DNA from: a virus
Lineage: Duplodnaviria; Caudoviricetes
Length of the DNA stretch: 60,242 nt
Reading direction: 5' to 3' (one strand)
Virus record (IMG/VR): IMGVR_UViG_3300025127_000033
Location: 1 to 60,242 of that record
The notes under the pieces are model-generated. The model was given only the letters and a program-made list of their open reading frames with translations, ran no database searches and was not told the DNA's origin. Of this stretch, positions 37,338 to 45,974 are shown piece by piece (position 1 is the first letter of the stretch; the number at the start of each line of letters is the position of its first letter). Position numbers and translations under genes: made by a program.

Positions 37338-39699
37338 ACAAAATCCACTTACCCTCCATGTCCTTGCCTTCCTCTACATTGGAATACTTGAACGTTCCAT
37401 ATGCCCTGAGCCACCGATGGAACTTTATCCTGGACACAGACATCTTGGCCTTAGGTGCGAAGTCGGGATAGTCATCAGTAAACCTCATGTACAACTCATT
37501 AGCACGCAGCCTAATGTTAGGCCTTATTAGGTCTGATGGCTTTGCCCCGTCTATCAAGCCACACCATTCAATGAACTCGTGGCAGGTCTCAGCACTGAGC
37601 TTACGTATGGCAAGGTTAACGAACTCACTCTTGATAAGGCCATCTTTCATATACATCTGTAGGCACGATATCATGTAGTTGTCGAAGTCACACCACTCAT
37701 CATCATCCCAATCCCCGAACATCAGCTTTCCGAACTCATCTAGTGGAGTGAAGTCCTTGCTATAATGCTGATGAAGTTCTAACTCCCACTTACGTCGCTC
37801 AAAGGAATTACCCTTACCCTTGATGGCGTAGTTGGTTGTGATGGCAATCTTGGGCGACCTCTTAAAGGGTATCTTGATGGCATCCTTGTTCTTCTTCTCT
37901 AGAGTTAGCCCCTCAGTAACCACCGAGAACAGCCGCTCAAAGTTAAACGCCTTGCGTACATCATCGAAGCATAGTATCTGAGTGTCCGCTGACACCAATT
38001 GATATGCAAACGAACGCTCGAACGTAAATGACTTACCATCAATAGTGACTAGCTTCTTCATTTGAGATAGGGCATTCATTACGATACCCTTTCCCGTTCC
38101 ACCCTCAGGGTTATCGCTTATCACCTCGTCATTTAATATGACTGCTGGGCAGTACGACATGTTCTTGTATCCATGCATAAGGAAGCCAATGGTAGACTCC
38201 ATAGATAGAATACGATTCTCGTCCTTGCCACATATGTTATGAATGAACGTCTTGTAATCGCATTCCCTAGGCTTGCACATCAGGAAGTTCCTATCAATTA
38301 CGTGGTCTTTCCAAACGTATCCGCCCAGATCCATATAGTCGATAGGTATTATCTCCTTTGGCGTAACCTTTACAGCACAATTACGATAGTACAGGTAGCT
38401 TGAGTCCTTCTCGTCCTCAATGAAGTATACATCGATAGATGATAGCAAGGTCAGGAACTCCTCTCGGAAATACTTAACGCTCTCAGCAAAGTAGTTGTAC
38501 ACCGACAAGTCCTCCAGGTCTAGCACGTAATTCAGAACGAAGTCCTTTATCTCCTTCTCTGAGGTGTGGTCAATCAGGTTGTTGGTCACCTTTACAAAGA
38601 CATAGTTCTTACTACCCTCAGGGTTGTACTTATAGAACCCGTTATCTTCCAGGAACAGTTTAAACGACAGAGGTACGATGCTCACCTTACCCTTATCCGA
38701 TTTAGTCCAGAACATCTGCTCCTCTTGTTCTTGCTCAACCGACTTAAGGATGCCATCAATATCCACCCCTTTCTCCTCTAATGGCTCAAGCTGGCATCGT
38801 ATATCTTTTTTTGATACACCCGACCTCATCTTGTCTCTGACGTACTGCATCTTGTCTTGGTCTTCGTAGTATCGACTACCGAACTTTGCCGTGTGACTAT
38901 ATGCCGAAACAATGGTGGCCATGATTTCCTCCTCATTGAAACCTTCTGCTGCATATTGACGTAAATAAAACTCGGCAAGACTCCTATTTATTCCAAAATC
39001 ATTAAACGCAGCCGCTAATATGTAAACGTTATGATTCCTTTGCCCCTCGACCATTGGGTACTTCTTCTCCCACCACTTCACCAGTATGTCAATGATTTTG
39101 TTTTCATCCGTGATTGGTATCGAGGGCTTGTCCCTGTTCTTCATCAGCTCCGTGTAACTATCTTCCTCGACCTTATCCCAAACGGAACTATTCTCATTGA
39201 TATGGATCAAAGGGTCATAGGACTCGTAGCATACACGACTAACGTTCTTGCACGTCTTATCAAACTTATCGGACTTGAAGTATTTCTCAAGGCTATTGAA
39301 ATAGTTCTTGTGATTGCTTTCATCAGCTGGAACTTTCACCAATACTTTAAGACCCTTGCCCGATGGAGAAAGGAATACTGAGTATACAAACTTGTTTTGC
39401 TTGAACTTCTCCTTATCCTCTAGCAGGTCCTTTTGCCTGTCGTAGCCATCGAAGTCTAAACACATAAGGCCACTATGCTTAATCAAAGCGTTGTCTGCTC
39501 TCTTCTTGAAAGTCCCGGAGAAACATATAGCTGGTAAATCCTGCTTCAATTGATTTCTCCTTGACTTGTCTCGCTCCCCACGAATGTCCTTTATTACATC
39601 CCTGGAAGCCCCCTCCCTGATTCTTTCTAAGATGTGCAGCACATCCCTCTCAAAGGGTTGTGTTGTATCTTTTATGTTCTTAAATATAGAAATTGTCAT
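37303..39699 (-). CDS. Primase-helicase (BT4734/VirE-N-like primase, PriCT-like domain, SF3-like P-loop helicase)
   Basis: LKQDLPAICFSG, CLDFD, SPSGKGLK, GQRN, Walker A GGTGKG, Walker B CFDD, ITTN. Confidence 0.85.
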   Translation of the reverse strand: MTISIFKNIKDTTQPFERDVLHILERIREGASRDVIKDIRGERDKSRRNQLKQDLPAICFSGTFKKRADNALIKHSGLMCLDFDGYDRQKDLLEDKEKFKQNKFVYSVFLSPSGKGLKVLVKVPADESNHKNYFNSLEKYFKSDKFDKTCKNVSRVCYESYDPLIHINENSSVWDKVEEDSYTELMKNRDKPSIPITDENKIIDILVKWWEKKYPMVEGQRNHNVYILAAAFNDFGINRSLAEFYLRQYAAEGFNEEEIMATIVSAYSHTAKFGSRYYEDQDKMQYVRDKMRSGVSKKDIRCQLEPLEEKGVDIDGILKSVEQEQEEQMFWTKSDKGKVSIVPLSFKLFLEDNGFYKYNPEGSKNYVFVKVTNNLIDHTSEKEIKDFVLNYVLDLEDLSVYNYFAESVKYFREEFLTLLSSIDVYFIEDEKDSSYLYYRNCAVKVTPKEIIPIDYMDLGGYVWKDHVIDRNFLMCKPRECDYKTFIHNICGKDENRILSMESTIGFLMHGYKNMSYCPAVILNDEVISDNPEGGTGKGIVMNALSQMKKLVTIDGKSFTFERSFAYQLVSADTQILCFDDVRKAFNFERLFSVVTEGLTLEKKNKDAIKIPFKRSPKIAITTNYAIKGKGNSFERRKWELELHQHYSKDFTPLDEFGKLMFGDWDDDEWCDFDNYMISCLQMYMKDGLIKSEFVNLAIRKLSAETCHEFIEWCGLIDGAKPSDLIRPNIRLRANELYMRFTDDYPDFAPKAKMSVSRIKFHRWLRAYGTFKYSNVEEGKDMEGKWILFGNEKNDDVPF

Positions 39700-39702
39700 T
39701 TC

Positions 39703-39852
39703 TTATGATGATTTTATGACGATAAAAGTTATATATATCAAAGGTTATGACGACCTGACGACTTTACATCCCAAAATATTCGTTGTAAAAACAAATTCAG
39801 ATATAAAAAATATTATTAGTGTTGGTAACCAAAAAGTCGTCATATGGTTGTC
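39703..39852. promoter_or_regulatory. Iteron-like element A (candidate replication origin)
   Basis: Direct TGAyGAy repeats (39703-39766), 66-nt AT-rich spacer, inverted AAAGTCGTCAT (39833-39843); directly upstream of primase-helicase. Confidence 0.55.
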
Positions 39853-39854
39853 CT

Positions 39855-39880
39855 AAAAAAGGGGAGCCGTAGCCCCCCTT
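39855..39880 (-). terminator. Rho-independent terminator
   Basis: Minus strand GGGGGGC-TACG-GCTCCCC followed by T6. Confidence 0.85.
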
Positions 39881-39901
39881 GCTTTAGAAAGATGAGCTTT
39901 T

Positions 39902-40132
39902 TTAAAAAGGTTGCTCCTCCTTTACTTTAGGCTCGTAGGTATCTAGTTCCACATAATAACTGCCACCCTTGCTTTGATTGATGTTGAGGTTTACCCAACC
40001 ATTCTTTGTACGGTCTTTAATAAACTGGATAGCATCTTCTGCTTTCAAGCTCATACGTCCGACAACGAAGTCAGGTGCGTTCTCATTACGTTTGAATGAG
40101 AATCCGTTTGCGAAAATTTTCTCTTTTGACAT
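39902..40132 (-). CDS. Putative small ssDNA-binding protein
   Basis: Beta-rich 76 aa ending in acidic EEQPF; next to annealase and exonuclease genes. Confidence 0.5.
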   Translation of the reverse strand: MSKEKIFANGFSFKRNENAPDFVVGRMSLKAEDAIQFIKDRTKNGWVNLNINQSKGGSYYVELDTYEPKVKEEQPF

Positions 40133-40143
40133 TTTAATTAGAT

Positions 40144-40881
40144 TTAAAGTTCCTCCACAATATAATGATTCTCGATTGATTCGGTGGAGGATTCCCCGAA
40201 AAATCGATTATAAATTTCTGAAGCCTCCTTCACCTTCTGCTCTCCAGATCGCAGAAATTCATCAGAACAATGGAACTGACCCATTGCCAGCGTGTTCTTA
40301 TCGATAACCCAAAACTCCATAGGCACACCAAACAGGTGCTGATATATGTAGGCTTGGCTATCGTAGTTGAACTTGTATGCTGAGTTCCTGAAGCTGCTGA
40401 TGCCCGAAGTAGTCTTTAGATCAATGATCCTGTTGCTACTCAAAATGTCAGCCTTACCCTTCCAAGGTAGACCAAATAGACTACCAACCTCAGGAGTCTC
40501 GAATATGTTGCCATCCTCGTATATGCCCTCGAAAAAGTCGAAGTTACTCTTGATGGCCTTAACCATCTCATCCACCTGGTCTTTCTCATGGCATAGCATA
40601 GCGATATTGCCGTCTCTCGTGGCCTCCTTGTACACCTTAGTAGACCTTGTGGTTGCTTCTACACAAGTAATCGTTTCAGCCTTCTCAGGCTCAAGTATAG
40701 CCCAATGGAAGTAACGTCCCATAATAAGAGCCTTGCTGTCTGACTTACCCTTGCGAAACATCGCTGGGTTGTTCAGTAGTGTAGAGATGTCGGAGTTGGA
40801 CAGCCACTTCTGCCCAAACTCTCCATAGTACATCTCATCATTCTTGAGCTTTGATACTGCACTCATATGACCCCTAGACAT
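40144..40881 (-). CDS. PD-(D/E)xK exonuclease (RecE/DUF3799-like)
   Basis: LSNSDI, GRYFH..ILEP, KGKAD, IIDLKTT, Y..QAYIYQ. Confidence 0.85.
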   Translation of the reverse strand: MSRGHMSAVSKLKNDEMYYGEFGQKWLSNSDISTLLNNPAMFRKGKSDSKALIMGRYFHWAILEPEKAETITCVEATTRSTKVYKEATRDGNIAMLCHEKDQVDEMVKAIKSNFDFFEGIYEDGNIFETPEVGSLFGLPWKGKADILSSNRIIDLKTTSGISSFRNSAYKFNYDSQAYIYQHLFGVPMEFWVIDKNTLAMGQFHCSDEFLRSGEQKVKEASEIYNRFFGESSTESIENHYIVEEL

Positions 40882-41455
40882 TCTTCTTGAGTTCTTTGAT
40901 TACCGCCTGAGACAACTTAGCATACTTGGTTTCAAGATTAGATACCAATTCATCAAACTGAACCTTGCCTTTGTTTGCATTTACATACTGCTCAACCTTT
41001 CCCCAATTGGAATCACCAACCTTTAGCGTTGGCTTCTTGTTGGTCTTCTTAGGTGGATCATCTTGATTATCTCCAGGTAAGTCCTCACCTGTCCACAACT
41101 GCAATCCCAATCCATGCATGGCAATCGCCTTAGCAGTTGATCTTTGGATTGTTTTGTTGACATCGAATGCCGTCATGGTATCTACAGATATAGCCTTGTT
41201 CCGGTAGTCCATCACGGGAAGCATATCAATATGCTCTAGCCCATCAATGGTAATCCCGACCTTGACATATGCCGTATGCCCATCACTGAAGAAGTTCAAC
41301 CCAGTATGCTCATGCTCGTACACTGTACGCTGTGCATCAGGATAATGCTTCTTAATTAATGACCAGGCATCTGCCCATGACACATAATTTAACTGACCCT
41401 TTCTCTTTACCCGGTCCTTAATTGGTATACTACTTAATTTCTGGAAAACGTTCAT
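40874..41455 (-). CDS. ssDNA-annealing protein (Sak3/DUF1071, Rad52-like)
   Basis: KGQLNYVSWADAW, LPVMDYRNK, NKTIQRSTAKAIAMHGLGL. Confidence 0.85.
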   Translation of the reverse strand: MNVFQKLSSIPIKDRVKRKGQLNYVSWADAWSLIKKHYPDAQRTVYEHEHTGLNFFSDGHTAYVKVGITIDGLEHIDMLPVMDYRNKAISVDTMTAFDVNKTIQRSTAKAIAMHGLGLQLWTGEDLPGDNQDDPPKKTNKKPTLKVGDSNWGKVEQYVNANKGKVQFDELVSNLETKYAKLSQAVIKELKKNV

Positions 41456-41828
41456 AAAATCTATTTAATTTATTATTAGCAAATAAAGCCCACTTATCAT
41501 CTGACCTTTCCGCCAAATCGTGGTACTTGTTTAAATATAGTTGTTTAACTCCTGCTACCCAACCATTTTTCAATAAAAGTTCAATGGACTCCTCGGTTGC
41601 TGGACGATAGTTTGACCTGCTATGTGAGCCCGTTTCTACTACACTTACCTCGCCATCCTTGTTTTTACTGATCTTGTATCCTGCAAAAATGCAGGCGTTG
41701 TCAAAATGAATACCTTCAGAGGCATCCATTGCTTCTAGGTACAAATCATTAATTACTCTCCCCATATGATATATCTTATCAGTGCAGCAGCATATGTAAT
41801 TAGGCCCAGTATAACCACACCATGGCAA
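41430..41828 (-). CDS. Hypothetical protein
   Basis: 132-aa ORF; alternative start ATG 41765. Confidence 0.7.
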   Translation of the reverse strand: MPWCGYTGPNYICCCTDKIYHMGRVINDLYLEAMDASEGIHFDNACIFAGYKISKNKDGEVSVVETGSHSRSNYRPATEESIELLLKNGWVAGVKQLYLNKYHDLAERSDDKWALFANNKLNRFYERFPEIK

Positions 41829-41838
41829 TATACATCTA

Positions 41839-42150
41839 CTAACTGCATTCGTTAACTATTTCGTTTATCATATCATTCAGGTCGTCGCTATTCTTAGCCA
41901 AGACATGAACCTTCTCAATGGCGTACCCGATAGAGTTGTACACTGGAGACATCTTGCCGTCAGTAGCCATAGTTATATATGGTATGATGTAGCTTATGCC
42001 CATCCCCATACGATGACAACTGTAATACAATAGATGCCTTGCATCAACTACGGGCTTTGCCCTAGCTCCTGATAGAATCTTCTTCTCGGGAACTCCTGTA
42101 CGCCTGGACACAACTCCAACGCACCGATCAAACTTCTCTTTATGATTCAT
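41839..42150 (-). CDS. Second DnaA domain IV-like HTH protein
   Basis: ILSGARAKPVVDARHLLYY resembles the DnaA-C basic loop and first helix. Confidence 0.55.
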   Translation of the reverse strand: MNHKEKFDRCVGVVSRRTGVPEKKILSGARAKPVVDARHLLYYSCHRMGMGISYIIPYITMATDGKMSPVYNSIGYAIEKVHVLAKNSDDLNDMINEIVNECS

Positions 42151-42333
42151 TTAATTTGATTTGCGCTCAACGTCTTGAGCGTTTACATTAACGTCATCAG
42201 ACTCGTCAGTCTTGAGACGACCAGCATACATGACAGCTGCGTGGTGCAGGTCATCATTGAGTGTCTTTACGAATTGCATATACCTTACGTAGAAATCTAT
42301 CGTTGCATCTACCTGTGCTTTACTCATTTTCAT
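42151..42333 (-). CDS. Hypothetical protein
   Basis: 60-aa ORF abutting its neighbours. Confidence 0.7.
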   Translation of the reverse strand: MKMSKAQVDATIDFYVRYMQFVKTLNDDLHHAAVMYAGRLKTDESDDVNVNAQDVERKSN

Positions 42334-42543
42334 TTACTTAATTTCAAATTGCCATTTACTCGCCATAAGAATTGCATTGAGCTCATCCTTGACATTACTA
42401 ATATTATCTCGAATCTCTAACCTAGTATCGTTATCCATGACATCCATCAATTGATACATGTCTAGTAGGTTATCCTTTATGATGCCAACGTGTTGCATTA
42501 TGCTTGTCATCCTTTCTTTCTTCTGATGTTTACTTAATTCCAT
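42334..42543 (-). CDS. Hypothetical protein
   Basis: 69-aa helical ORF with A-rich start context. Confidence 0.7.
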   Translation of the reverse strand: MELSKHQKKERMTSIMQHVGIIKDNLLDMYQLMDVMDNDTRLEIRDNISNVKDELNAILMASKWQFEIK

Positions 42544-42561
42544 TTAAATTATTGAGGTTAA

Positions 42562-43431
42562 CTAATCCAATCTTTCGATTGCTTTGAATATGGGATACAC
42601 TACCTGCGGTACTATTGCGTTGCCGTATCCTTTGATTGATTCTTTTCTCCACTTAGGAAAGGTGATACCGTCCAATTCACGGGGAATCCCATCATCTCCG
42701 CACAGAACAGGGGGTTGAGATGGGAAGGAGTCCCAGTGCGTTGATATCCGACCTCTGCCATCTCCTCGCCTAGATTGCTCTTGCCCCTGTCCCTCAGTGC
42801 ATGGCGTTCGTCCTGAACCTTGGGTGTTGGCAACATCATGCTGCTTACTTGGGTAGCTAAATTCGGCATAGTCGTTCCGTTGGGATACTTCTCCATCCGC
42901 TTTTGAAATGTCTCCAAGTTTACTACGTCCTCCCTGGTCGTTGGCGTGAGCAACAAACCATACCCTATCTCTTTTGTGCGGGGCGTTGACGCTTGCAGCT
43001 GGAAGTATAAACGAGATGACTTCGAAGCCTTCATTTTCCAAGTCAGCTTGCACCTCATCGAAAACCAATCCTCCATTCCAACTAAGCAGTCCACGAACGT
43101 TTTCGCCCACGACGTACCTTGGTTTAATTTCTCGTATTGCTCTAAGCATTTCCGGCCAGAGGTGTCTATCGTCGTTTTTACCTTCTCTCTTACCTGCGAC
43201 GGAGTAAGGTTGACAGGGGAATCCCCCTGAGAGGATGTCGATTTGTCCCCTGTGAATAGTAAAGTCTGTTTTTTTAATGTCTCCATATGATACTGATTTA
43301 GGAAAATGATGTTTTAATATTTTGCGTGGGAAATCTTCCCATTCGCAGTGGAATACGTTCTGCCAACCCATCCATTGAGCTGCCAGATCAAACCCACCTA
43401 TACCTGAAAATAAACTACCATGTCTCATCAT
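42562..43431 (-). CDS. C5 cytosine DNA methyltransferase, alpha-type polypeptide
   Basis: Motif I SLFSGIGG, IV GFPCQ, VI ENV, VIII HKRDRVW, X YGNAIVP; no motif IX in this frame. Start 43431 or 43428. Confidence 0.92.
   Translation of the reverse strand: MMRHGSLFSGIGGFDLAAQWMGWQNVFHCEWEDFPRKILKHHFPKSVSYGDIKKTDFTIHRGQIDILSGGFPCQPYSVAGKREGKNDDRHLWPEMLRAIREIKPRYVVGENVRGLLSWNGGLVFDEVQADLENEGFEVISFILPAASVNAPHKRDRVWFVAHANDQGGRSKLGDISKADGEVSQRNDYAEFSYPSKQHDVANTQGSGRTPCTEGQGQEQSRRGDGRGRISTHWDSFPSQPPVLCGDDGIPRELDGITFPKWRKESIKGYGNAIVPQVVYPIFKAIERLD
42612..43286 (-). CDS. Nested alternative-frame polypeptide (beta subunit carrying TRD and motif IX) of the C5 methyltransferase
   Basis: 224-aa ORF wholly inside the MTase gene, same strand, other frame; LLTPT/LPTP TRD-like segments and motif IX-like LNPLFCAEMMGFPVNWT. 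Confidence 0.75.
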   Translation of the reverse strand: METLKKQTLLFTGDKSTSSQGDSPVNLTPSQVREKVKTTIDTSGRKCLEQYEKLNQGTSWAKTFVDCLVGMEDWFSMRCKLTWKMKASKSSRLYFQLQASTPRTKEIGYGLLLTPTTREDVVNLETFQKRMEKYPNGTTMPNLATQVSSMMLPTPKVQDERHALRDRGKSNLGEEMAEVGYQRTGTPSHLNPLFCAEMMGFPVNWTVSPFLSGEKNQSKDTATQ

Positions 43432-43798
43432 CCTCCTCGTATTTGTCTTGACAGAAATAACCTTGGTCAGGGCACGTTTGATTGTGCTCTCCAACCCAAG
43501 GCGAATCATACTGCTCGTTAAGTGTCGGTGATATGAATGGATTATCACTAAACGCCAAGTCTATACCAATCTGCCGATCATTGTTCACATCACCCGTCAA
43601 CCCCTCAACGCGATTCATCTCTGCGAGCAACTGATAAAAGTCCTTGCCACCGAACACACCATACCCATCGTACTCATGCTCTGTCCACACGTTCCCCTTC
43701 TGGTCTCGCATATACACTGTCCGTGGCTTGTAGCCCTCAGCGTGTCTGTTGCGGATACTTCTTCCCGTATCCATTGTAATCCAACTAAACATTCCCAT
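43415..43798 (-). CDS. Hypothetical early protein
   Basis: 127 aa; YDGYGVFGGKDFYQLLA motif. Confidence 0.8.
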   Translation of the reverse strand: MGMFSWITMDTGRSIRNRHAEGYKPRTVYMRDQKGNVWTEHEYDGYGVFGGKDFYQLLAEMNRVEGLTGDVNNDRQIGIDLAFSDNPFISPTLNEQYDSPWVGEHNQTCPDQGYFCQDKYEEDDETW

Positions 43799-43803
43799 AA
43801 ATT

Positions 43804-44118
43804 CTATTTTAAGTTTTCAATTAAATAATCCTTGACGAAATCTTCTAGGTATCCGTCTCTTACCTCATCCCAAAAATCAACCTTCCACACTCTGTCATAC
43901 GAAGAATCAAGGTGTGATGGCCCTAACAACTCACGATGGTCTAACCCCTCGTCGTAGTAGAACTGCTCTATATTTTCCATTGGTATTAACTTCTTTTGCC
44001 ATTTGATAGGCACTGCGGTATCATCGAGCGTGAATACAACCTCCAAGTCCACCAGGTTACCCCTAGCAATCTCTTTGATTTCTTCAATCCAAAAATCTTT
44101 TAAGTGTAGTTTATTCAT
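43804..44118 (-). CDS. Hypothetical acidic protein
   Basis: 104-aa ORF; upstream TTCACACTCACTA motif. Confidence 0.75.
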   Translation of the reverse strand: MNKLHLKDFWIEEIKEIARGNLVDLEVVFTLDDTAVPIKWQKKLIPMENIEQFYYDEGLDHRELLGPSHLDSSYDRVWKVDFWDEVRDGYLEDFVKDYLIENLK

Positions 44119-44212
44119 AATTTAATTTTAGTGAGTGTGAATGCACTCTTTTTGAAAGTAATTTTAACAATTTTACAAATAATAATTTGCAATAACAAAT
44201 TTTTAACATCTG

Positions 44213-44563
44213 TTAACATTCTGCTTCAAAGGATAGGTAGTCCTCCTTTGGATTGTCATCAAACCACTGCTTGATTTTCATACCCATTCGGTAGTCAGCA
44301 TAATCTTCTAAGTCTCTCCTTTCTGGAGTCTGAGCGAAATGCGATTTCGGCTCGTAGCCTTCTCTCATTATTGCCTCCGCTCTCTCTAAGCATCCGCTCT
44401 TCTCAATAGACTTGAGCTCCTTTACGATGTCATCGTAACATCTCCTAGATACTGAATAACTTATCACATTACTTTCAACTGCACCGAATCGTTCTCCAGC
44501 GTCGCTGCCTTGAACACCGAACATAAACTTACCTTCTATATCTCCTGTATAATATCTTCCCAT
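44213..44563 (-). CDS. Hypothetical protein
   Basis: Likely start MGRYYTGDIEGKF at 44563 within ORF 44213..44608. Confidence 0.75.
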   Translation of the reverse strand: MGRYYTGDIEGKFMFGVQGSDAGERFGAVESNVISYSVSRRCYDDIVKELKSIEKSGCLERAEAIMREGYEPKSHFAQTPERRDLEDYADYRMGMKIKQWFDDNPKEDYLSFEAEC

Positions 44564-44568
44564 AATTT

Positions 44569-44808
44569 CTAATTTAATTCCTTTGCTATTTTTAACATTG
44601 TACTCCACAATAGAGTGTTATCCTCCTTACTCATGGCATCCCACCACTCTGAGTTGTCGTCGAGAAACTCGTCAAAGTCAAACGACAATGCCGTTGGGCA
44701 GTTAAGATCTGGTGTACCATCTTTGTTTGCCGGGTAGACTATAGAGTTTATAACGTCTACAAAACTCCCAACTGATTTAAGTTCTACTAAGTGTCTTTTG
44801 TACTTCAT
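44569..44808 (-). CDS. Hypothetical protein
   Basis: 79-aa ORF with A-rich start context. Confidence 0.75.
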   Translation of the reverse strand: MKYKRHLVELKSVGSFVDVINSIVYPANKDGTPDLNCPTALSFDFDEFLDDNSEWWDAMSKEDNTLLWSTMLKIAKELN

Positions 44809-44813
44809 AATTT

Positions 44814-44927
44814 TTATTTTAGATTATATTTTTTTTCAAATTCTTGTTTAGTCATCTTGCCCTCAAGTAGGGCAAGGTAATCACGAGTTATATCCTCGCC
44901 AGTCTTAGTGTTTATTACTTGCATCAT
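44814..44927 (-). CDS. Small hypothetical protein (MMQVINTKTGEDIT...)
   Basis: 3' part of ORF 44814..45047; ATG follows directly on the stop of an upstream mini-ORF. Confidence 0.6.
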   Translation of the reverse strand: MMQVINTKTGEDITRDYLALLEGKMTKQEFEKKYNLK

Positions 44928-44929
44928 TT

Positions 44930-45016
44930 CTAATTTAAAAGTGCTGCCCAAATCCATAGTATAATAGTTACTACGGCTACCCATTTCCAATCTATTATTT
45001 CTATCCTGTGTTTCAT
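44930..45016 (-). CDS. Unlisted 28-aa single-TM peptide
   Basis: MKHRIEIIDWKWVAVVTIILWIWAALLN; 2-nt gaps to both neighbours. Confidence 0.55.
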   Translation of the reverse strand: MKHRIEIIDWKWVAVVTIILWIWAALLN

Positions 45017-45018
45017 AA

Positions 45019-45108
45019 CTATAAAATGATAAATGATAAAATCCCAAGTGCTACGATTGCGAAGCATATGGCTGTCATAAAAATGTCGAATAATGTTTCT
45101 TCACTCAT
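45019..45108 (-). CDS. Unlisted 29-aa single-TM peptide
   Basis: MSEETLFDIFMTAICFAIVALGILSFIIL; ATGA overlap with the upstream stop. Confidence 0.6.
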   Translation of the reverse strand: MSEETLFDIFMTAICFAIVALGILSFIIL

Positions 45109-45299
45109 GATTCCTTCTTTAATTGTTGTGAAATAATTTGCTGATTGCGAATGGATAGGTCTTCAATCGCCACAACCTCTTCGTTTCCGTACAAATCATC
45201 AATAGCTTCTTGCTTATTGCCGTAGATGATTACCTCTCCACTCTTTTCGAAGCGTAACATTGTATCGTTGGCTCTGTCGTAAATAATATAATCTTTCAT
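45105..45299 (-). CDS. Hypothetical early protein (ends KES)
   Basis: 64 aa; ATGA-coupled. Confidence 0.75.
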   Translation of the reverse strand: MKDYIIYDRANDTMLRFEKSGEVIIYGNKQEAIDDLYGNEEVVAIEDLSIRNQQIISQQLKKES

Positions 45300-45553
45300 G
45301 ATTCCTTGTATTTATATTCTAAAAATTCACACCTATCAATTACGCGTTCATCGATTATGTCACACACCTCGTTGTACACGTCATTCAATATATCCTTGGC
45401 GTCCTCCTCTGTACACTCGTACCGATCAGTGACGGTGCATATGTGACAAACATCTATCACGTACCCTAAATCCTCAAGCGTTTTCTTGGCTTGACTAAAC
45501 TGCTCTGTCTCAGTACTGAGCAGCGTTACTATTCTTGCTAAAAGTTTCTTCAC
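45296..45553 (-). CDS. Hypothetical early protein (ends KES)
   Basis: 85 aa; GTG start overlapping the upstream TGA. Confidence 0.75.
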   Translation of the reverse strand: MKKLLARIVTLLSTETEQFSQAKKTLEDLGYVIDVCHICTVTDRYECTEEDAKDILNDVYNEVCDIIDERVIDRCEFLEYKYKES

Positions 45554-45738
45554 GATTCCTTATTTATGTTAACTAATACCCACTCGTGTGAGCCTTCCTT
45601 CTTAAACTCTTCAATTTCTTTTTCATCCTCAAGGTAGAAGAAGATGTCATCGTCATCCCAGCCTACCTCTCCAATCTTCATAACTACATCTTGAATGTTT
45701 CCGTTGTCAATCCATCTTATTGTTGCATTATATCTCAT
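45550..45738 (-). CDS. Hypothetical early protein (ends KES)
   Basis: 62-aa acidic ORF. Confidence 0.75.
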   Translation of the reverse strand: MRYNATIRWIDNGNIQDVVMKIGEVGWDDDDIFFYLEDEKEIEEFKKEGSHEWVLVNINKES

Positions 45739-45752
45739 ACTTCCTTATTTAA

Positions 45753-45974
45753 TTATCCTAATTTTATAAACTCACCTTTCCATTCGTATCTTAAAGCCAT
45801 TGGCTCATCGCCTATATCATAACCTATGGTGCGAATATTATCTCTCTTCTCACTGAGTATTTTTTTTAGTTGTTTCCATGCCTTTGTGGACGCTGGACGG
45901 TAGCAATGCTGCGTATGAAAATGATACCTCTTACCCTCATAGGTCTCGTAATAAAATATTGTTAAGTAGCCCAT
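45753..45974 (-). CDS. Hypothetical early protein
   Basis: 73-aa ORF, TAATG-coupled. Confidence 0.7.
   Translation of the reverse strand: MGYLTIFYYETYEGKRYHFHTQHCYRPASTKAWKQLKKILSEKRDNIRTIGYDIGDEPMALRYEWKGEFIKLG

Noticed and set aside
39566-39856. Plus-strand 96-aa ORF (and similar 52295..52516 ORF)
   Set aside because: They overlap the primase start or tRNA and the iteron elements; their shared YDDF peptides are just translations of the DNA repeats.
44814-45047. 77-aa ORF with TTG start as listed
   Set aside because: The 5' part is better explained by two tiled micropeptide ORFs; the likely start is ATG 44927.
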